Below, piece after piece: positions 13,513 through 27,078 of a DNA stretch of 64,000 nt (its first letter is position 1; every line of letters starts with the position of its first letter). A program made the position numbers and the translations under genes. The stretch spans positions 22,134,001 to 22,198,000 of the forward strand of contig OZ231126.1 in assembly GCA_965153355.1 (NCBI GenBank). The letters are read 5' to 3'. The notes under the pieces are model-generated. The model saw only the letters and a program-made list of their open reading frames with translations. It searched no databases and had not been told where the DNA came from. Source of the DNA: Flaccisagitta enflata. Taxonomy: Eukaryota.

Positions 13513-15825
13513 AATAGTATATATGTCGAGTTAAAGTGATCAGAAAATGAAAGATATCACGTAGCAACGTAAGCTGACAGTGATTTCGACATATTCTCAT
13601 AGGAAACAAGGAAATATGAGAGTGGGTTTGAGGTGCTCATCAAATCTTCCTTTTGGTCCGCATTGAAAATTCCGAAGGACGAAAACGTGAGAAAATCTCA
13701 TGTCGCACTCAGGTATCAAAGATCGCCAAAAATGCCGATTTTTCAAAAACGAAAAAAAAAAGATGAGCGTGGCTGCCGACAGGATGGCGTCAAATGCTGA
13801 TAAGTGCCGGCTGACAAGTGCCGGTAGAGGAGTGCCGAGACAGTTGATGCTGAAAATGTCCTATTTCATCCATGGAACTGCGTGGTTGATTTGGCTTTGA
13901 AATGAACAAAGCTCGAATGGTCATTTATGAATTGTTTGTCTACTAAACGTTTAAGAAATAAAACAAAAACAAATCAACTAACCCAAAGCCAACAACCCGA
14001 CGAGCACACTTAATTTGGCGAAAAGTGCTCTGAATTTAGAAATGGCGCCGCGGGAGTTTGAGAAGCGTCAAAGTGGCGAAGTTCGTTTGCATCAAATTCA
14101 TCTCACATCCTCACTCTCATATCCAAATCGACCCAATCCATCTCCAAGCCCATTCTCGACCTATCTTACATCCTCTATACATCTCACGTTCTCGCTCCCA
14201 TATCCACATCAGCACTGTCTCTAAAACCATCAGTTACCCACTAAACTCCACTCCAAAACTCCCCACCAGCAGTTTTCATTCACGGAATTTTCCAAAGAAA
14301 ACAATTGCTAAGATTAGTCTCACTGTAGGCAGGGGCAGTGATGAAAAAGCTAACGGTGACCGACAGAAGGACAGACCGACATAGCAGGTCATAGAGTCGC
14401 GTGCACGCGACCAAAAGTCTCCGCGATCCGATATACAAATCATAAAAATCTACCAAAGAGCACAAGTTTCCCTCTTTAATTTCCGACGTAGCTGAAAATA
14501 ATTTCTTTGCACTGATACGTCATCATTTTACCGATCATTTGGCCTCATGACAGTCGGAGCCAAGCCACAGGCCTACAGCCCGTCAGCACAGCCGTTGACC
14601 GATAGGACTGTTTAACCGTACCCATTCACCAACTTCCAATCGGCACAGGTTAACGTTGTGTACATCAGTCGATATTCCAATAATTTGCTGATTTTTTCGA
14701 CTTTATTATAATGCATTGTAATCATCTGATTTTTAGACTTCTCAATACGAACACTTAAAGATGATTTCTCTTGCACAAGGAAAGTGCTCGTTATATCTCG
14801 ACACACCGCTAGAGCAGTAATAATACATATAGCTTCAATTCCAATTGCGTGCAGCTCAATTCTTTGCCATAAAAAACAGAAATCTAAATAACGCATTATG
14901 CAAATTAGGTTCTTGATGCTTATGAATCCTTAAATTCCACCATTTCACATGTAACTATTCCTGTGTTGATTTTCCAAGATATTTGTCAACCCTCTATTTT
15001 TTCTCTTTCCCTTTCCTACTCATCCTCTCACTAGATTTTCTGACAAGCTTCTTCGGCGCTCCTTACTCTTCCTTGATCAAACGCTATTTTCCACATCCTC
15101 CGTCTTTTAACCATTATGGCTTCTTGGGAGTGTGCAAAAAACGCCGTTTTATCGCGAGAATGATGGTCGTTCGGTTCAAAGTCCAAATTCTAAATTCAAA
15201 AATGCCGGCTTGTGAACGTGACTGAAGGATGACAGCGGCGCAGTCATGAAAAAAAAATCTGCATAATGGACCAGAACGTGATGGGAATGTGCATGCAGGG
15301 TTTACTACGTTACTTCAGGCAGACCTTTCGTTACTTAGCAATGACTTGGCCGCGCTATGAGACATTTCAAGCTAATCTGGTATATGGTCCCGCTACTGTG
15401 ATTGTGTGATGTAGAATAGTTGCCCACTTTGAGACAATAAGGTCTACGTAATAATCATTTTTGGTATTTTCTTATACATGTAGAACTTGTCCTCTTACTG
15501 TGTTTGCGCATTGCCTACTATCTAGTTAATCATATCAAGCACTAGAACAACAAAAAGAAGAAAGGGCATGAAAAAGACAAAGGACACTAAAACGCGAGAT
15601 GTGGAGAAAGAAATTGAAGGAAAAAAAAAAGAAAAAAAAGAAAACGAGAAAAAACCAAAAGAAAAAGAAAGAAAAGGAAAGAAAGGAAAAGAAAAATAAA
15701 GAGGAGGCCGGCAGTGGATAATTTGATTTAGAATCTCCCATTGGGTCTCTTTTCAACTCTTTCCGAAGCATCGTCTTGAATTTTTGAAAGAAGAGGAAAT
15801 GACCTGAAGGGGATGCACCGTTAGA

Positions 15826-15889
<64 letters not shown>

Positions 15890-16315
15890 GAAAATAAGAT
15901 TGACAGACAAACAGACAAACAAATAGACAAATAAACGGGCAAAAAAGAGGACTGACAATCAGATGGGCAAACAGATCTATGATGAATACAACTGAGACAG
16001 TAGGAAGCGTAGCAGACATTGATAAAGGAAACGGAAAAAGAAAATGAGCAATGCTGAGATTGTGCATGACACTCAAAAGGATAGGAACAGAAACAAAGAC
16101 AAAGGCAAAAAAATTACGATTACACTAACTATGAAGACAGACAGAGAGACGGATTGACAGACCAATCGATAGGAATATAAGTAGACAGATAAATAAACTA
16201 AAGAAACTTCTGTAAAAAAAAAGCTAAGAACAAAAAAATGACTCTAAGGAAAGATGCCAAGAACACCGAGACAACGAGTTAGTGAGAAGAAAGACCTCCC
16301 CCATGAAAAAGGTTT

Positions 16316-16406
<91 letters not shown>

Positions 16407-18413
16407 CTTTGCTTTTGGCGCTTCTGCGCTCACCTTCTCGTTAGAATCTTTCATTGGACATAAAGAAAGACGATCAATCTTCCTACAAATGTCCCTCCTC
16501 GACTTTCCTTCTTTCCGGTAGGAGGCATCGTCGTCGTCGTCGTCGTCGTCGTCGTCATCGTCGCCAACATTATCATCGTCATCGACTTTGCCATCTTCTT
16601 CTTTCTTAAGCAATGCCATTAACCTTCACACCAAGTGCTTTTCTTACGACTTTCGTCGAACGATGTCGTTCAGATCGATGTCGTTATTCAGGTCGTCATT
16701 CACGTTTCCATGCCATCGATGTCAATAATGTCGTCTCACATTGGCACGTCATGCCTGATTCAATAGTCATCATCGATTGCTGATACACGCTAATGAAATT
16801 CGGCAAATGTCATGAAACAGCAAGTGAGCAGGGCTAGAACTAGCCATTTTCTTAATGATTCAAATTCAACAAAACTATACATTACTGTATAGCTTATGAA
16901 GTTACATATACAAATCCATAGAAGAATTTTGTTAACTGAGCTCATTTTTCATGCAAATTAAGCTTAATTAGACAGATTTTGTACACAAAAAAATACAAAA
17001 TTAAGCATATTGTAGCAAAAAATCAATATGAGAATATTTTTTACGTAAATTATGTTTAAACGCAATAGTATGAGGGTGTTTCATGAAAAAAAAATAGAAA
17101 TTTGATGAAATTTCAAAAAATCTCTATAAGCACCATTTTTGGTTGGTTGGGCAGTGCTGTATAAATTTGTTCGGCCAAGCTCTACTTCAAACTAGTAATG
17201 TAGATACTCTTCAACACTTTTCATGCAAAATTTCAACCAAATCGGCTAACTCATTTAAAAGTTATGCCACTTCTACGTTTTTTCATCTGGTAGGTTGGTT
17301 GGGCTGGTTGGGCCGGTTGGACTCATCTTCAGAAGACCAACTTTTTTGGCCTGATCTCTCTTGGTAAAGTCTGTTTTCCCGCAAAAAATCATGGGTGTAG
17401 CTCAAAGGGTTAATGATATATGGGCATTTTTGTAAATTGGACAAATTGATTTTTTTTTTCCTTCAAAGTCCGCAAAATCTTAACTTCCGCTAAGAAGAAA
17501 ATAACTACGAAGATCGTCCAACGAGCGTATCAATTCTGTTCACACTTCAGGACTGACGAAATGTAAAATTTCATTGTGACTGAACGCCTGGGAGGTAAGG
17601 CCTCAAATTTTCAGTGTAGACTCAAAATTTCACGCTCTTTCACGTGGTGTGGTCAGATTTCATGTAAAATGTGTCATTTCCACGCCATAGTGGCATATCT
17701 TAAGCGTTAGGTATGCGTTAGGAACAAATTTGGGGGTGTGCGCGAATTGATACGCTCCAAGAAAATTTCTATTTCTCTGCTTAGGATCAACCCAATAACA
17801 TGAAAATGAAGGGGAACGTCCCTCAAGTAGTTATCCATCGAATGGCAAAAGAAAAAATGCTTAATGTTTAAGAAAAAGGAGGTTAAAAAAATAAATATCA
17901 TGATATTCAGCCTTGAGAGAAAAAAAGCAAAAAAATCGAGCAGGGGTAAATTTGAATTATATGCCAATTTTGGATTACTTATAGTTTGCTTACTAAGTTG
18001 ATTTTTTTTGTGTATCCTATGGGACTACTACTAGTTGATGAAAACTCATAAAATCATAGGAAAAGACATTTCTTGATTGGTTTTGCTTGCTGTTTTCTAC
18101 TGGAGACAGAATGGAGACAAGCCAAAAAAAGCTCTTTGACCAAATTTTTAGACCCCCTAAGGGTAGGGAGGGTCACAAAAGATGGTTTGAAATTGTGCAT
18201 TGGGTAGTCATGAATGTCTTTGAACCATTTAACCCGCATATAATGATGTATCTGAAGCTTGTGCTAACGTAGATTGGTGGAAAGTCGGGCCCTCCTGCTT
18301 GCTGTGGAACCGTGACATTTGCCATTCAAATCATTGTTTCATGCTTTACAGTCACAAAGAATGTTTAGCATTTTTTGTGGTACAACATTTTGCACTTTGT
18401 TCTTCTAAACACA

Positions 18414-18594
18414 TTTTTAGTCGCGGACGAGCGACTCTATAAGAGGCTTTTTCCGTCCGTCCGTCCGTCCGTCCGTCGGTCGGTCGGTCGGTCGGTCGGT
18501 CCGTTGGTGAGCACGAGTCGAAAAGTGGAAAAACCAGCGTTTCCGCCCCTGCCCACCCGTCCGCTACTGGTATTGGCCGTGTATCCGGCCTTGT
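18414..18594 (+). mobile_element. HINE/DINE-1-like element, family A
   Basis: TTTTTAGTCGCGGACGAGCGACT, (GTCC/GTCG)n, GTCCGCTACT, hairpin GGCCGTGTATCCGGCC, TTGTT. Near-identical subfamily copy at 48858-49045. Confidence 0.8.
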
Positions 18595-19239
18595 TCTTTC
18601 CATTGCCCCAATGAACTTGATCATTTAAAATTACCTCCATACCGTACTCTTTTCCTGTTACATTCATTCTTAATTCAAACTATTGGCTGTTTCAAAGTCA
18701 ACCCCATTTACAAACATACTCTCTAGTCTTCACTTGCTTTGGATTTCACTGGTTTCACTAGCAGTACTTTCCCGTTACTTTCTTCTGTTGCCGAACCTGT
18801 TTTTCTCTGTGCTTAAAAAGTGCCATTAGTTTGAACTTCAGCGGTATTGTTTCCAAACTTATCAACCCTTTTATTCCTTTGTTTTGTTCTTTCATACCAA
18901 TGTCCTGCTTTGCCATTTGGGTGTATAGTTTTATCCATGTCTCCTGCACCATTTCCCTCAAACACTTTACTTCTTCAATTGATTTGCATGACAGTCGCAT
19001 CCGTACCCATTTGCATCCCTCTCTCCAACCCCTCTCAACTCCCCTTGTAATTCAGGGGATTCAGGGAATTCTCTCGACCCATTTCTCGCATCTTCACCCA
19101 TCTCTCCCACTAATCTCTCAACCCATTTTCCCGCAATGTCCTTTCCACCCATCTCTCCCATTCCACAGATCTCTCAACCCATTTGCAGTGCCAAATACCA
19201 TGTCTCTATCCTATGTTTCCTGTTTGGATTTAGTCTTTC

Positions 19240-19815
19240 TAGCCATTTTCCTGCACTGTCTTTTGCATCCGTTTCTCTAACCTCTTTCTCCCATTTCAGT
19301 GTCGTCTTTCAAGCCATTTTCCTGCAATTCCAATTGCACCTCTTCTCCAACCTGTCCTCCCATTTCCGCATCGTCTTTCAAGCCATTTTCCTGCACTGTT
19401 TTTTGCACCCATTTCTCCAACCTCTCTATTATTTCAGTGTCGTCTTTCAAGCCATTTTCCTGCAATTCCATTTGCACCTCTTCCCCAACCCATCATCCCA
19501 TTTCCACTTCGTCTTTCAAGCCATTTTCCTGCATTGTCTTTTGCACCCATTTCTCCAACCTCTCTCTCCCATTTCAGTGTCGTCTTTCAAGCCATTTTGC
19601 TGCAATTCCATTTGCACCTCTTCTCCAACCCATCCCCCCATTTCCGCTTCGTCTTTCAAGCCATTTTCCTGCACTGTCTTTTGCACCCATTTCTCCAGCC
19701 TCTCTCTCCCATTTCACTTTCGTCTTTCAAGCCATTTTCCTGCACTGTCTTTTGCACCCATCTCTCCAACCTCTCTCTCCCATTTCAGTTTCGTCTTTCA
19801 AGCCATTTTCCTGCA
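19240..19815. repeat. 69-71-bp minisatellite with alternating A/B units
   Basis: CAAGCCATTTT recurs at 19310, 19379, 19448, 19517, 19588, 19657, 19728 and 19799. Confidence 0.92.
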
Positions 19816-20084
19816 GTGCCATTCGCGTGTACATTTCCTATTTCGTCGCCAATAATTTTCCTCTTTTCAAAATTGCTTCTTTTCTGCATGAATCGCCGGA
19901 GACACTCCAAACTTTGAAAGCGCACCCGTTTTTCCTTTTTTTTTCTTTTCCTTCTTTTTGAAGCTTTTCATTTCCTTTCAACATTCCTTTTACTTTTTTT
20001 TCTTTCCTTTCTTTCTTTCCTGGATTCGTAATTTCCCCTCGCTTTTCATTCTTTTTATTTTCTTTTCAGCCTGTATTTTCCCTG

Positions 20085-20203
<119 letters not shown>

Positions 20204-20695
20204 GAGGGGCAATTAAAAGACCCATTCAGCTAGAACGTTGAAACATGCCAATTTCACACTATGCCGCCCCATAAAAATCCCCCATCGCACTCTCCCGCTC
20301 TTTCTCGCGCACGCCCGCACACGCAAACACGTGCTGGGACACGCTGAAGCACCACTCGCACTCAGAGTCTGTATTCTATTGAGTGCGCGCGTCAATATGC
20401 GACTTTGCACACGCGTAATATGTGCGCGCACCAGCGTTTGTGGTGCTATTACGCTCCCCCCCCCTCTTTCTCTGTCTCTCTACTTTCCTCTCTCTTGTTT
20501 CCTCTCTCCCATTGCCTTTCTGTCTCCCCCTTCTCCGATTTTCTGCTTTCCTCTCTCTTGTTTCCTCTCTCCCACTACTTTTCTGTCTGAGGCTCTGTCA
20601 TTTTCTTTCTTCCCTGCCCTCCGTCTTCCCTTCCTTTCTCCTTTTCTTCCTTCCTTCCTTCCTTCTTTTTTTTTCTTCTTTCTTTCTTTCTGTCT

Positions 20696-20752
<57 letters not shown>

Positions 20753-21148
20753 CCACATACACACACGCAATTTCACCATGCGATCACGCGTTTGAGCTGC
20801 GTGTGAAATGATACTTTTCGTTGGACTGAGGGAAGGGAATCACGTCGTAAGCTGGAAAATTGTTCTCTTTCTCTTTTTTTTCTCCTTATTTTTCTTTTCT
20901 CTTTCACTTTCCACTCAAAGAAAATGTCGCCATTTCTCGCTTGTTTTTTTTTCAACCATTCTGTTTTTCCTTCATACTCTCCTCTCTTTTTTTATTCTTT
21001 CTTTGATTTTCATATTTTTGTGTTCTTTTCCAGAATGATTTCAATGGGAATGGAAAGTGAGAAACTCATTCAAGCGAAATGGTTGTTTTTCTGCTGGAGC
21101 AGTGAAAAAACGAGGCTAAAGTGCGTTTTTTTTCTTTCGGTGGAGGTA

Positions 21149-21653
21149 CAGTAGATGTCGTCTATACTTGGAATTTCCAAGTTGGAAATACGGGGGCCCT
21201 CATATCTTAATTACCATTAAACTGTGTATGTATAATGCTTATGTCCTATAGGGTTGACAATCGGGTATGGCAGCTCTGTTAATAGAAAATTCTTTTGAAT
21301 ATACTAAATCAAATTTGCTTGGTCAAATCAGCTTCTGGAATTGAGCTAGTGGTGACACTTAACTTCAGGTTTATCTTGATCAGTTTATTTAGTCAAAGAT
21401 TCCAGGTTCAAATCCCTGACTGGTTTTGAACTTTAGGCAAATGGATAAAGATGAAATTCTGCAAAAAAAAGTGATTGATCCTGAAATTTTATAAATAAAG
21501 TTTTTTCTTAGGGTAAGCCGTGGGGGGATGCCATACCCCATCGTCAACCCCTTAAGGTCTATACAATATAACAGCAAAATATCAGTCCCCTCACTATACT
21601 GATACTCAGGTTATGAGCTCCCCCGAACTTCCAAGTCTAGACGACATCAACTT
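21149..21653. mobile_element. Tc1/mariner-type MITE with TA TSD
   Basis: TA|CAGTAGATGTCGTCTATACTTGGAA ... TTCCAAGTCTAGACGACATCAACTT|TA; inner inverted pair AGGGTTGACAATCGGGTATGGCA / TGCCATACCCCATCGTCAACCC. Confidence 0.75.
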
Positions 21654-22023
21654 TACTAGGAAGGGGAAGAGGGTAGGAAGTAGGTAGTCACCGGCTTGTT
21701 TCAAATTGTTTTATGATTGTGTTCGGATTTTCCAGAAAGTTAAATTAAGACATAGGGAATGGTAGATATTCACTATTCGACGAGGATGACAGTGATGAAA
21801 GTGATACTGAGAAGACCATTTATGTTAAAACAAATTATTGTTAAGACGCTAAGGATAATAATGACGAGGGAAACAAGGCCGGATACCAACGAGGGAAACA
21901 AGGCCGGATACCGACGAGGGAAACAAGGCCGCTACCCCAGTCGCATGCGAGTAAGCAGGAGCAGTACTTGAGTTACTGGAGCAAAGGACAGATGCGGGCG
22001 GACGGACATAGCAGGGTGTAGAG

Positions 22024-22856
<833 letters not shown>

Positions 22857-22984
22857 GTGTAGAGTCGTGTAGAACAGAACTAAAACACAAGGACGATAAG
22901 GTATATGAATTTTTAAGGAGGAAAACCACAATCGTATTGGAATGAACACACAGAACGTGAAAAAGAGAAAGAGAAAATAAGGGG

Positions 22985-23130
<146 letters not shown>

Positions 23131-23601
23131 ACAACAGGCAGACGATCAGGCAGACAGACACACAAACAGACAGACGGAAAGAAAGACGGACGGAAAGAAA
23201 GACAGACTGACGGACAGAAAGACAGACGGGCGGACATTAAGATAGAAATAACAGCAAGAGAGATAGGACAAGATAGAGATAAGATGAGCCAGATAGAGCG
23301 AAACAGAATAACACACGGAGAAACCGAGGAAAAGCGATTCTAAGGCCGGTAATGTCTGGAAATATCGGCCGTTAGCGACTAAGAAAAAAATCCCCTCGCG
23401 AGTGGTAAAAACATTCCCATCACCTCCTTAGGTCGTTTTTCTGCGCCGAACCTCACGACTCAACGCTGCTTATATCATCAACAATTTATTCATGACATCA
23501 TAAAAACGGATATCAGGCAGTTTTTGCTCCGAGACCGGCTTATGATAATGCTACATATTTTTCCCCTCTCTCCTCCCCTCTTTCTGCGCGTATGGAAAAG
23601 T

Positions 23602-23692
<91 letters not shown>

Positions 23693-23859
23693 ATTTTTTT
23701 TGTCATAGGTTACACGCATGTCTTTAGGACTTCATGTCCGTCCCCTGTCGGTCGGCCGGTAACTCTTTCGTGAAAGCCGCGATTTAAAGTACACATTGAT
23801 GACAATTTATCGTTCCTGATAGGATGTTAGCCCTTTCGAATTCATTCATCTTTTCATTT

Positions 23860-24295
23860 TATGATTCATTCTATGATTCATTCATTCATTCATCCATTCA
23901 TTCATTCATTCATTCATTCATTCATTCATTCATTCCTTTCAAACATTCATTCATTCATTCATTCATTCATTCATTCATTCGCTCTTTAAACGAATTCGGC
24001 TGTTCTTCGATTTCTTCATTCCTATCGCCTTCATTCATTCATTCATTCATGCTTCATTCATTCATTCATTCATTCATTCATTCATTCATTCATTCATTCA
24101 TTCATTCATTCGTTCATCCACTTGTTCATTTCTTAATTCATTCCTTCATTCATTTCTTCATTTCCTCATTCATTCATTCATTCATTCATTCATTCATTCA
24201 TTCATTCATTCATTCATTCATTCATTCATTCATTCATTCATTCATTCGTTCATTCGTTCATTCATTCATTCATTCTTTTATTCATTCATTCATTC
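23860..24295. repeat. (TTCA)n microsatellite; related (TGAA)n arrays at 28433-29116 and 37323-37736
   Basis: Directly visible. Confidence 0.95.
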
Positions 24296-24331
24296 CTCTT
24301 TTCATTTTTTCTTACGATATAGTGTCAAATA

Positions 24332-24720
24332 CAGGTTCTGGTAGAATTAGAGATGCTAATGACCATTTTCAAACTACACACCTCGCCAGAAGAAACTGCT
24401 GGTCCAATTCTCATGAAATTTGACATGAATAATTGTTGGATGATAACTGAAACCTTAACAAAGCATATTTTTTAATTTCGATGCCTAGCCTGAATTATGT
24501 CAAATTTTCATTTAGTTCAAGGGCCTTTGTAAAAAAAACCTCATAAGGGGCTGTAATTTAGGCCAAGGATCAAAATTGAAAAAAAAAGGTTGTTAAGGGA
24601 ACTTGTTGTTATCTACCAAGTATTCATGTCCAATTCCATGAGAATTAGCCCAAAAGTTTTTTTTGGCTACATGTGTGGTTTGAAAATTGACATCAGTATC
24701 TTTAATTCTGGCGAAACCTG
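24332..24720. mobile_element. Palindromic Tc1/mariner-type MITE with TA TSD
   Basis: TA|CAGGTTCTGGTAGAATTAGAGATGCT ... AGTATCTTTAATTCTGGCGAAACCTG|TA; arms pair over most of the length. Confidence 0.8.
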
Positions 24721-25547
24721 TACTGTTGGACGTCTGTAAAAACCGAGCAAATGCTTTCGGGAGTTTTCACAGAACCCGCTTTTGTATTAAAGTCATTTAA
24801 ATGATTTCTGTTGAGCACTTTCCATTTTTCAAGACCAGATCATATAAGAGGTTTGAAAGAATCAATCAACGCCCCTGTCAAAGCCGTTGCAGCCGAGGTA
24901 TCAACCAACTGTCCAGACGTCCATGAACAAAACCACGCTTACGTCTCTCCGCCGGTTAGAATGAGTGGGACATCTTTTTTTATAAAATAAACATTTCAGA
25001 AAATTAAAGATTAATCACCCTATCATACTAGTACGCCATGTCCGACCTATTGGGTTTAGCGATGGCAGGATCCGTATTTGTCACCCATCACTTCCACCAC
25101 GCATTTGGCCACGCAGCTGTTGGGCACCTCGAATTGGAACAGGTACTGAGAACCCAGTGACGGTGCTTTCGAAATGCAGGCTGGATTATCACCTTTCTTG
25201 ACGCACACGTTCTCCATGATGCATTCCGTAACTGCAGATATTGAGTGGTTAAGAGACTTTTCAGTTATTGGTTTTTAGTCGCATGCTCATAACTGAAGTT
25301 TGGGATGTCGGTTCAGCCATCCGGAAATTGAATGGTGGGCAGTGTACGCCCCCCTGCTCCAGCCCATTATCGGGCAACAACGTAGGTGGGCGGGGTCATG
25401 AAAAAATCAGATATTCAACCAAGAGCAGTGATGCAAAATCACCCCGAGAATGTCTAACATTACTAAACCAACAGATGGACGGACGGACGGACGGACTTTT
25501 ATAGAGTTGCATACACACAACTGACAGTACTGATTCTTGACAAGGAT

Positions 25548-25737
<190 letters not shown>

Positions 25738-26853
25738 TTTTTTTATGTGTGTGTTACTTACTTTGGACTTCGTAAGGGAGTTCTTTGCAACTTCGGAGGC
25801 TTCTTCCGCGAAGACTTGATTCGATGCCTAAGGCGTCTGCCATACATTTCCAACATCTAAGCTGACAATCATTTTTCACAACTTTGTTAACGAACATATT
25901 CGGTCCGACGTTCATCACGAAGCAATCTGTAACTTTCCTTTTGTCCTCGCCGCATTGATACGGATTGCAACATTCTTGCTCCGGCTATGTTTATGGAAAA
26001 GTTAAAAAAAAAACATAACATGGTATTCGACCTAAATATCGTTCACATGTCTTTGGGTTTCTATTTTGGCGCATACCGCCTATTTTGGCGTTAACGGGCT
26101 CGCCCTTCTTTACACGAAGTTCCATCGGAACAATTCTTTGCTTCGCTTAAAACAGATTACAGGCCATTCTTAATATTTACGACCACCGTGAGATAAGATG
26201 TGTGATAACATCATACAGCAAAAAAACAAAAAACAAAAAAACAAAACAAACAAACAAAAAAAAACAAAACAACGACGCAGAAGAACGAAGAATACACCTA
26301 AAAAGCAAAATGACAATACTGTGGACGATACTGCCATCACTTCACCATGATGCGAACAGACAGAGATTACAATTGTACATCATTATATGGGGCCTTATGG
26401 GCATCTGCTGATGACTTACTCTTTGTAGTCTTCCTCACTCGAAAAGACGCGCCGAAGTCCCCAAAATGAGAGCCAAAATCAAAACGCATGATTTCATTAT
26501 TATTGCTAAATGAGCGTTTTAGGAATCCTCTTCAAACGATTTTTCGAGCGTTACCAGGAACTTTCCTAGGTTCTTATTTAGCTACTCTACTTCCTACGTG
26601 AATTTTCTTCGGTAAGACGGGGAAGTGACGTTTTCTTATTTGTTTACGTTGTCATGGTTACCGATGGTGTATCAAAAAGCGGAATCATATTTGGCTCGTG
26701 GCTAAGACGGAAAGACTACAGTGCGATGGGAGCAAAGACGACCTATACTGGAGGACAGACTAGTCCTCTCATAGAGACCCAATGAAAGAGTTAAATTTTA
26801 CAAGAGCCCCAAGGGCCAAGTCACGCCTAGGTTGGACATAAACTCTGTTGAAG

Positions 26854-27078
26854 AACAAGTGACGCGGGGTAACAATATCGTTGCGGACGGGTGGGCAGGA
26901 GCGTCCAACCCCCATCCACACACCAACCCCCGGCCCCGGCTCCCACTTCCCCAATACAAAAAAAAAAAAAAACTAATAAAAACAATCATTTTTTCCACTT
27001 TTAGACTCATCACGAACCGACGCACGGACCAGCGGACGGACGAAGCCTCTTTTAGAGTTGCGTTTCCGCAACTGAAAA
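26854..27078 (-). mobile_element. HINE-like family A variant; sister copy at 61295-61553
   Basis: AACAAGTGACG...ATATCGTTGCGGACGGGTGGGCAGG...GACGGAC...AGTTGCGTTTCCGCAACT-AAAA. Confidence 0.75.

Noticed and set aside
25055..25235. Cys-containing minus-strand frame (TECIMENVCVKKGDNPAC...) as a possible exon
   Set aside because: Short, no recognisable domain and no partner exons identified.
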